Below the pieces are notes generated by a model. It did not search any database. It saw only the letters and a list, made by a program, of their open reading frames with translations, and was not told where the DNA came from. A stretch of DNA of 64,000 nt, taken from positions 7,189 to 71,188 of the forward strand of contig JAETTP010000002.1 of NCBI GenBank assembly GCA_021769035.1, in the 5' to 3' direction. Positions 57,565 to 64,000 of this stretch are shown here, piece by piece. The stretch is from Bacillota bacterium (GTDB taxonomy: Bacteria; Bacillota; Dehalobacteriia; UBA4068; UBA4997). The stretch's first letter is position 1. The number at the start of each line of letters is the position of its first letter. A program made the translations under genes and the position numbers.

Positions 57565-57882
57565 TCAATCGTCCCAAAGCAAATCCTCCGGCGGCGCCTC
57601 CGCCTCAGTCGCGCGGCGGCGGCCCTTAGGCCCCGGCTGCCAGCCGCCGGCCGGCCCGTCCACCAGCACCACGTCCACACCAATCTTCTTAATCTGCTCC
57701 CAAGGCACAACCACGTCCTCACCCCGGGTGAAAACCCCTAAAAAGCGGCTGCTGCCCGGCAAAATCAGGGCCACAATCCGCCCCGCCGCCAAATCCACTT
57801 CCACATCACGCACCGGGCCCAGCCGCTTGCCCTCGCTCAGGCTGATAATATCTTTGTTGCGCAGGTCAGAAATCTTAAACAT
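57565..57882 (-). CDS. YlmC/YmxH-family sporulation protein (PRC-barrel)
   Basis: [22 protein letters not shown]... typical of the family. Confidence 0.7.
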   Translation of the reverse strand: MFKISDLRNKDIISLSEGKRLGPVRDVEVDLAAGRIVALILPGSSRFLGVFTRGEDVVVPWEQIKKIGVDVVLVDGPAGGWQPGPKGRRRATEAEAPPEDLLWDD

Positions 57883-57933
57883 CACAAACCACCTCAAGAC
57901 AACCTATGCCTGACCGCGCCAAAAAATACCGTC

Positions 57934-58629
57934 TTACTTCTGATTAAATATTTCGCAAATTTTCAGCTTCACCTGCCGCTCGCCGGCCAGCAGAGAGCCC
58001 TCCGGGGCCGCGCCGCCCGCCTCAGGGCAAACGGCAAATTCGCCGGCCTCGTCCACGAAGCAAAGCGGCGGAAACAGCACGCACCACCAGTTGCGCCCAG
58101 CGCCCTCGCCCAAAACCAAACGCAAGGCCGGGTATTCCCCCGCCGGCAGTTGCAGCTGGCCGTAACGCCGGGCCGGAAAATCAAAGCGGCCCATCTCAGC
58201 CTGCGCGCCGTAGCCAAAATCAGCCGTCATTCCGGCCGCCAAGGCCTGCAACTGCGGCAGCTGCTCCGCCAGCAAGGCCTCCGCCTCCTCCCTGGTCTGC
58301 ACCTGAGCCAAAAGCGGGGTCAGATACTCCACCACAGCGTCCCGCACTTGCAGCTTCAAAGCTTGGTCGGCCGCATTATCGCTGTTGGCGATGATATGCA
58401 GGCGCAACGGCAAATCCTGCGCCGCCGCCTGCTGCCCCGGCCCCACCGCAAGCAGCAGCCCGGCCACGGCAACCAGCAGCGCCAACGCCGCCGCCAAAGC
58501 CCAACGCCAACGCCGCAGCAAGCGGGCCCGCCGGCTCAAATAATCCCCGCGCATCACCATTGCCGCCAGCTCAGGCTCGTGAATTTCCACCTTGTTCTGG
58601 GCAAAAGCTCTATGTTCAAATCTCGGCAT
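57934..58629 (-). CDS. spoIIR: stage II sporulation protein R
   Basis: HIIANSD motif and NWWCVLFPPLCF. Confidence 0.75.
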   Translation of the reverse strand: MPRFEHRAFAQNKVEIHEPELAAMVMRGDYLSRRARLLRRWRWALAAALALLVAVAGLLLAVGPGQQAAAQDLPLRLHIIANSDNAADQALKLQVRDAVVEYLTPLLAQVQTREEAEALLAEQLPQLQALAAGMTADFGYGAQAEMGRFDFPARRYGQLQLPAGEYPALRLVLGEGAGRNWWCVLFPPLCFVDEAGEFAVCPEAGGAAPEGSLLAGERQVKLKICEIFNQK

Positions 58630-58721
58630 AATATCAGCTCCCTAAAATTCAGTTTATGGCTATATTATGTCCGCTTAAACAAGGCCTAAACCCGGTTTGG
58701 CAAAATTTTCCCGGCTAAAAG

Positions 58722-58928
58722 CTAAATATATTCGTCTGACTGCCGCCGCCAATCCAGCCAGGCCTCCAGCACCCAAGCCGCCAGGCCCAGCCAGAGCAGC
58801 AGGGCCGCCGCGCCGCAAAGCCGCAGCCAGCCGCCCAAAGCCAGCAGAACAACCGCCGGCGCGGCTAACAGCAACGCGGCCAGCAGCACGCCCAACAAGC
58901 GCAGCCAGCGTATTCGCCGCCATTCCAT
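58722..58928 (-). CDS. hypothetical small membrane protein
   Basis: Two hydrophobic helices. GC-rich. Confidence 0.3.
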   Translation of the reverse strand: MEWRRIRWLRLLGVLLAALLLAAPAVVLLALGGWLRLCGAAALLLWLGLAAWVLEAWLDWRRQSDEYI

Positions 58929-58967
58929 AAAAACGCCGCCTCCTCTCCAACTGCCATTGTTGCAAGG

Positions 58968-60113
58968 TTACTGCTCCGCTGTTTCCTGCCGCAGTAGCCG
59001 CACCTGCTCCGCCACAATGGCCGCCGCCTGCTGGGCCTCCGCCAGGGTGTTCTCCCAGCCAAAGGTCAGGCGCACCGCGCTCTTCAGCCGCCATTCCGGC
59101 AGGCCCAAAGCCTGCAAAACGTGCGAGGGCTCCGCCCGGCCGGAACTGCAAGCGGAAGCCGCGCTGACCGCCACCCCGGCCATATCCAGAAACAGCAACA
59201 AGGGCGCGCTTTCCAGCCCGACAAAGCTCAGATTCAGGTTGTTAGGCAGCCGGTGGGCCCAGCCGCCGTTTACCACCACGTCGGGCGCCTGCCGGCTGAG
59301 CTCCTGCCAAAAACAATCGCGGGCGGCGGCCGCCTGCCGGGCCTGCTCCGGCCAACGCTGGGCCGTCAGCTCCGCGGCCACGCCAAACCCCACAATGCCC
59401 GGCAGGTTTTCCGTGCCACTGCGCAGGCCGCGCTCCTGGCCGCCTCCCCAAAGCACGGGCTGCAAATCCGTCTGGTGCCGCACGTAGAGCGCGCCGCAGC
59501 CCTTGGGCCCGTTGATTTTGTGGGCGGAAAGGGTCAGCATATCCACGCCCAGCTCCGCCACCTGCACCGGCATCTTGCCCACCGCCTGCACCGCGTCGGT
59601 GTGCAGCAACACGCCGCGCCCGGCCAGCAGCCGGCCAATCTCCGCCACCGGCTGCAAGGAACCGATTTCATTGTTCGCCAACATCAGGCTCACCAGCAGG
59701 GTGTCCGGCCGCAAAGCCTGCTCCACCTGGGCCGGGCTGACAATTCCCTCCGCGTCCGGCGGCAGATAAGTCACCGCAAAGCCCTGCCCCTCCAGATAGC
59801 GGCAGCAGTTCAGCACGGCCGCATGTTCGATGCTGCTGGTGATGATATGCCCGCGTTGAAAACGGCCGGCCACGCCCAAAATCGCCAAATTATCTGCCTC
59901 AGTGCCGCCGGAAGTGAAATAAATTTCGTCCGGCTCCGCACCCAGCAGGCCGGCCACCTGGCGGCGGGCGGCGCTCATTGCGTCGTAAGCGTCGCGGCCA
60001 AAGCTGTGGATACCGCTGGGGTTGCCCCAGTTGTCCTGCAAAACCTCCTGCATCGCCGCCACCACCTCCGGATAAGGCTTGGTGGTGGCGCTGTTATCCA
60101 AATATATTCTCAT
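58968..60113 (-). CDS. cysteine desulfurase (NifS/IscS family)
   Basis: Aminotransferase class V fold with PLP lysine context (SAHKINGPKG) and active-site Cys near the C-terminus (SAASACSSG). Confidence 0.85.
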   Translation of the reverse strand: MRIYLDNSATTKPYPEVVAAMQEVLQDNWGNPSGIHSFGRDAYDAMSAARRQVAGLLGAEPDEIYFTSGGTEADNLAILGVAGRFQRGHIITSSIEHAAVLNCCRYLEGQGFAVTYLPPDAEGIVSPAQVEQALRPDTLLVSLMLANNEIGSLQPVAEIGRLLAGRGVLLHTDAVQAVGKMPVQVAELGVDMLTLSAHKINGPKGCGALYVRHQTDLQPVLWGGGQERGLRSGTENLPGIVGFGVAAELTAQRWPEQARQAAAARDCFWQELSRQAPDVVVNGGWAHRLPNNLNLSFVGLESAPLLLFLDMAGVAVSAASACSSGRAEPSHVLQALGLPEWRLKSAVRLTFGWENTLAEAQQAAAIVAEQVRLLRQETAEQ

Positions 60114-60298
60114 ACGCCTAATCTCCCTGTGTGTTAAACCTTAACACTAACAGCTTATGCAGCAGACAAGCAAAAGGCGCAATTACAGCGGCGTTTTCAA
60201 AATTGAACGCCGCTGTAAATTGTTCCTAAAAGAAAGCCCGGCCTGCCTCCCACATAGGGAGCGCAAACCGGGCGGTCAGCTTTAGCCTGGGCTTTAGC

Positions 60299-60679
60299 TT
60301 ATTTGATTTCGCCGTGTTTTTCCGCAAAAACCTCCGCGATCTGGTTTTTATCATCAACCAGCACCACGGTGGGGCTGAAGCTTTGGGCTTCCTCCTCGCT
60401 CATCGTAGCGTAAACCATAATAATGGCAATATCTCCGGGCTGAACCAGCCTGGCGGCTGAACCGTTCAGGCAAATCACGCCGGAACCTGCCGGCCCCGGA
60501 ATAGCGTAAGTAACCAGCCGGGAGCCATTGTTGTTATCCACCACATGCACCTGTTCATTGGGCAAAATATGGGCGGCGGCCATCAAATCCGAATCAATCG
60601 TGATACTGCCAACGTAATTCAGATTTGCCTCTGTCACCGTCACGCGGTGCAGCTTGGCCTTTAACATGGTAAGATTCAT
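60299..60679 (-). CDS. panD: aspartate 1-decarboxylase
   Basis: [25 protein letters not shown] with the self-cleavage G-S site. Confidence 0.85.
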   Translation of the reverse strand: MNLTMLKAKLHRVTVTEANLNYVGSITIDSDLMAAAHILPNEQVHVVDNNNGSRLVTYAIPGPAGSGVICLNGSAARLVQPGDIAIIMVYATMSEEEAQSFSPTVVLVDDKNQIAEVFAEKHGEIK

Positions 60680-60790
60680 TCTGCTTTAACCTCCAAGGTA
60701 GCAATAAAAAAGGGTTATCATCACGTTCAATGATATGATAGTATAAATAGTATACACTATTTTGCGAGAATTGCAAGCCATTTCAGCAAA

Positions 60791-61321
60791 TTATTTTTTA
60801 TTTATCACTTCAACCTGCAAACCCTCCAAAACTTTCAGGGCTGCTTCGTGCATTTCCGGATCCGGCGCGGCGCAGGCGGCTGCGTCCACCACAATGCGCA
60901 CCTCCGGCTGAGCGCATTTCGCCAGCACGGCGTTGCTCAGCACGCACATATTAGTCACCAGGCCGCAAAGCTCAATCTGCTCAAAGCACTGCGAACTACG
61001 CAGATAATCAAACAGCTGGCCGGAGCCAAAGGTGGGCTTTTCAAAAGCCCGGCAATCCTCCACCAAAGTGGCAGTTTCGCCGTAAAGCCGCCAGCCCTCG
61101 CTCTCGCGCAGGCAATGACGCACCGGCAGCTTGCGCCCCTCCTGGGTGCGTGAATATTCTTCATCGTGAGTGTCCAAGGTTACAACAACCTTATCCTCGT
61201 TGGCCAAGTAGGCCTTAACCTTTGCGGCAATCCGCTCATCCAAAGCTTCCGCCCCGGCAAAGCCCAAGGCTCCGTCTACAAAGTCCTTTTGGTAGTCAAC
61301 GACGATCAAAAGCTTGCTCAT
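60791..61321 (-). CDS. isochorismatase-family cysteine hydrolase (nicotinamidase-like)
   Basis: LLIVVDYQKDF ... catalytic Cys context LCGLVTNMCV. Confidence 0.65.
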   Translation of the reverse strand: MSKLLIVVDYQKDFVDGALGFAGAEALDERIAAKVKAYLANEDKVVVTLDTHDEEYSRTQEGRKLPVRHCLRESEGWRLYGETATLVEDCRAFEKPTFGSGQLFDYLRSSQCFEQIELCGLVTNMCVLSNAVLAKCAQPEVRIVVDAAACAAPDPEMHEAALKVLEGLQVEVINKK

Positions 61322-61436
61322 AATTTTAATCCCAGCCTCTCCTGCAAAATTTTAGGTTATTTTTTTGTTTTTTCAATTTAACTATTTTAATTATAATTAA
61401 TTATAACGCATAAATCAAGAAAAATCAACAAGTTAA

Positions 61437-62279
61437 TTATCCCAACAGCACATTATCAATCAATCTGGTGCCCTTAAAGCGCACCGCCACCGCCAACATA
61501 ACCTGGCCCTCCGGCCGACGCACCGGCTGCATAGTCACCGCGTCCACCATTTCCACATATTCAATCTGGGCCAACGGCGCGGTTTCAATATGCGCCTGCA
61601 CCGCAGCCTTAATCAGGCTGGCGTCGCGCTCGCCCTCGTCAAACAGCCGTTTGGCCAGCTGCAAGCTTTGATTCAGCACCAAGGCCTGCTCCCGGCATTC
61701 CGCGTCCAGATACACGTTGCGGGAGCTTTTAGCCAAGCCGTCCGCCTCGCGCACAATCGGCACGCCGGCAATGTGCACCGGTATATTCAAATCCTTCACC
61801 AGCTTGCGCACCACAGCCAGCTGCTGGCCGTCTTTTTGGCCAAAATAAGCATTGGCGGGCTGCACCAGATTAAACAGCTTGGTTAAAACCACGCACACGC
61901 CCTGAAAATGCCCCTTGCGGCTGGCCCCGCACAGGGTTTCCGTCACCCCGGCCACGTCCATAGAGGTGCCAAAGCCCTGCGGATACATATCCTCCGCCTC
62001 CGGCACAAAGGCGTAGTTTACGCCCACCGCGCCGGCTTTGGCCAAATCGCCGTCCAAATCGCGCGGATAAACCGCCAAATCCTCACTGGGGCCAAACTGT
62101 ATCGGGTTGACAAATATACTCAGCACCGTCAAATCGTTCTCGCCCACGGCTCTTTGAGCCAGCGCCAAATGTCCCTCGTGCAAATAGCCCATCGTGGGCA
62201 CCAGGCCGACCCGGAGGTTTTCCGCCCGCCATTTCCGGCCCAGGGCGGCCATCTCCGCCACGCTTCTAATCAATTCCAT
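61437..62279 (-). CDS. panC: pantoate--beta-alanine ligase
   Basis: PTMGYLHEGH HIGH-like motif. Start at MELIRS (ATG 62279), preceded by AAAGGGG. Confidence 0.85.
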   Translation of the reverse strand: MELIRSVAEMAALGRKWRAENLRVGLVPTMGYLHEGHLALAQRAVGENDLTVLSIFVNPIQFGPSEDLAVYPRDLDGDLAKAGAVGVNYAFVPEAEDMYPQGFGTSMDVAGVTETLCGASRKGHFQGVCVVLTKLFNLVQPANAYFGQKDGQQLAVVRKLVKDLNIPVHIAGVPIVREADGLAKSSRNVYLDAECREQALVLNQSLQLAKRLFDEGERDASLIKAAVQAHIETAPLAQIEYVEMVDAVTMQPVRRPEGQVMLAVAVRFKGTRLIDNVLLG

Positions 62280-62304
62280 AAAATGTTTACCCCTTTCTGT
62301 CATT

Positions 62305-62853
62305 TTATTTTTCAGTTGAAGCTGCCACCGCCAGCGGCTTAGAATCCGGCCAGGCCGCCAAATCCAGCACCGGCACAACACCCTGCTTCTCCTCCGGCGG
62401 CAAAGCCGCCAAAAGCTGGGCCGCGCCGCCTCGGCCGGGGATTGTCAACTCCGGGGCCAATTCCAGCAGCGGAATCAGCACAAAAGCCCGGCGGTGCATA
62501 TCCACATGGGGAATTTTAAGCCCTTCAGCGGAAAAAGTCAACTCCCTATACAATAAAATATCAATATCCAGCACCCTGGCGCCCCAACGCGGCCCCGGCT
62601 GCCGGCCCACCGCCCGCTCCGTCGCTTTAGCCAGCTGCAACAGTTGCGGCGGCGGCAAATCGGTGCCCACCAGGGCGGCCAGATTGTAAAAATCCGGCTG
62701 GGGCACGCCGCCCCACGGGGCCGTTTGATAAACCCTGCTGACGGCCTGCGGCGGCGCACCGCCCTCTGCCAGCAGGCGCAACCCCCGGCGCAGATTTTCC
62801 GCCCGGTCGCCCAGGTTGCTGCCCAAGCCTAAATATACCGCATATTTCGCCAT
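62305..62853 (-). CDS. folK: 2-amino-4-hydroxy-6-hydroxymethyldihydropteridine diphosphokinase
   Basis: YLGLGSNLGDR N-terminal signature. Confidence 0.8.
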   Translation of the reverse strand: MAKYAVYLGLGSNLGDRAENLRRGLRLLAEGGAPPQAVSRVYQTAPWGGVPQPDFYNLAALVGTDLPPPQLLQLAKATERAVGRQPGPRWGARVLDIDILLYRELTFSAEGLKIPHVDMHRRAFVLIPLLELAPELTIPGRGGAAQLLAALPPEEKQGVVPVLDLAAWPDSKPLAVAASTEK

Positions 62854-62858
62854 AGCTT

Positions 62859-63254
62859 TCACATACCAAAATCCGCCACGGTGCGGGTCAGCTCCAGCAC
62901 AGCCGGCGCTTGAAGCCGCGGGGCCAGCGGGGCTAGGCATTTTTCCAGCCGCACCGTCACCGCCTGCACCTGCTCGTCGGCCAGCAGGGTGTGGGCAATC
63001 TCCGAAGCCAGGCTCTCCAGCAAATTATGCCGGGGCCCCAGCATAATCTTCTCAATCTGGCGATACACCTGGCCGTAGTCCACCGTGTCCGCCAAATCGT
63101 CGGATTCCGCCGCCTCCTCCGTATCCAAAATCAACTCCACCCGCAGCTTAAACTCCTGTTTTTGCTCCTGCTCCTGCGGCAAAACCCCGTGGCAGGCCCA
63201 AAAGCTAAGCTCCGGCAGAATAATCTTATCCTGATGGCAAATATCGTTAAACAT
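62859..63254 (-). CDS. folB: dihydroneopterin aldolase
   Basis: Small tunnel-fold protein in the folP-folB-folK order. Start overlaps the folP stop (ATGA). Confidence 0.75.
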   Translation of the reverse strand: MFNDICHQDKIILPELSFWACHGVLPQEQEQKQEFKLRVELILDTEEAAESDDLADTVDYGQVYRQIEKIMLGPRHNLLESLASEIAHTLLADEQVQAVTVRLEKCLAPLAPRLQAPAVLELTRTVADFGM

Positions 63255-64000
63255 CAAATTACCTCCCGGTCCCGGTTGATTTGATAAAGCGGCCGGCAAA
63301 CGGCCAGCACATCGGCCGCCGCCGCCACGTCGTGCACACGCACCAGGGCCGCGCCAAAAAGCTGGGCCGCCGCGGTGGTGGCGTCGGTGGCCGCCAGGCG
63401 TTCCTGCACCGGCCGGCCCGTCAGCAAGCCTAAGGTAGACTTGCGCGAGGCCGCCACCAGCAAGGGCCGGCCCAAAATCCGCAAGGCAGGCACGGCAGCC
63501 AAGGCCTGCATATTCTGATCCGGGTTTTTACCGAAACCAAAACCAATATCAAAAATCAGCTGTTCCGCCTGCATACCGGCCCCCTCGGCAATCTGCCGGC
63601 TTTGCCGGAAAAAGCGGGTCAATTCCTGGGGCACGTCCAAATCCGCCACCTCCGGCCGATTGTGCATCGCAATCACCGGGCAGGCAAATTCCGCCGCCAG
63701 GGCCGCCATCTGCCGCTCCGGGTCGTCCGGGCATTGCAGCCCCCAAATATCATTTATTATATCCGCACCGGCTGCCAGGGCCGCCCTGGCCACAGCCGGC
63801 TTGTAGGTGTCAATCGAAATCAAACAATCGCTGCGCTGGCGCAAAGCCCGGATTACCGGCTCCACCCGGCCAATTTCCTCGGCCTCGCTAATCTGCTGGT
63901 GCCCCGGCCGGGTGCTCTCGCCGCCCACGTCGATAATATAAGCGCCCTGCTCCTGCATTTGCAGAGCTCGCTCCACCGCCTGCTCCACGCTGGCATAGCT
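63254..64000 (-). CDS. folP: dihydropteroate synthase (3' portion; 5' end outside window)
   Basis: DIINDIWG and GADIIDVGGESTRPG motifs. The frame remains open to the window edge. Confidence 0.8.
   Translation of the reverse strand, partial: SYASVEQAVERALQMQEQGAYIIDVGGESTRPGHQQISEAEEIGRVEPVIRALRQRSDCLISIDTYKPAVARAALAAGADIINDIWGLQCPDDPERQMAALAAEFACPVIAMHNRPEVADLDVPQELTRFFRQSRQIAEGAGMQAEQLIFDIGFGFGKNPDQNMQALAAVPALRILGRPLLVAASRKSTLGLLTGRPVQERLAATDATTAAAQLFGAALVRVHDVAAAADVLAVCRPLYQINRDREVI

Noticed and set aside
1-64000. tRNA genes
   Set aside because: No tRNA-like motifs were found by eye. A tRNA prediction scan is needed to be sure.

Overview
High-GC (roughly 60% by eye) chromosomal segment from a spore-forming Firmicutes/Clostridia-type organism; spoIIR, ylmC/ymxH, sepF and SLH-domain proteins support this. 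Most of the window is housekeeping genes. These include a partial carboxynorspermidine dehydrogenase plus nspC, and the tlyA-nadK-argR-recN block. There is also a HlyD/MacAB-like tripartite ABC efflux operon with a downstream SLH surface protein, a ClbS/DfsB-family protein, and a CoA-disulfide-reductase-like/rhodanese fusion with rubredoxin. Further genes are an NSS sodium symporter, deoC, an Fe(3+)-type ABC importer, the rlmH-htrA-MBL(yycJ-like) block, H+/Na+-pyrophosphatase and secG. Cobalamin genes cobD, cobO and cbiK are present, as are rpsU-HIT-mtaB-rsmE, degV, mtnN, pyrB, ileS and yggT-sepF-yggS. The window ends with nrdD/nrdG, nrdR, ylmC, spoIIR, a cysteine desulfurase, panD/panC and folK-folB-folP (partial). 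Two AT-rich accessory inserts stand out. The first is a ~4.2 kb island (about 2380-6620) between nspC and recN. It holds a promoter guarded by a palindromic operator that drives a ~320-nt ORF-less structured RNA candidate. It also holds a small RHH protein, an SLH-repeat surface-protein gene broken by one in-frame TAA, XRE and NERD/zinc-ribbon proteins, and a 45-bp hairpin module present twice. The second is a ~2.3 kb insert (about 54720-57020) between nrdDG and nrdR. It is bounded by two paralogous ~90-nt small transcription units, each with a consensus promoter and terminator. It contains a duplicated XRE regulator gene, a shared TTGTA-N7-TACAA operator present three times, an orphan DinJ/RelB-like antitoxin and a remnant of an Rpn/DUF4351 nuclease. 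Other notable points are a 77/78-bp tandem repeat (3 full copies plus a partial) filling the ileS-pyrB intergenic region, and a separate mini-ORF encoding the NrdD glycyl-radical motif. A lipoprotein SBP gene has its signal peptide lying upstream of any canonical start codon. rpsU with a GTG start is absent from the ORF track. No tRNA, rRNA or CRISPR array was recognised.
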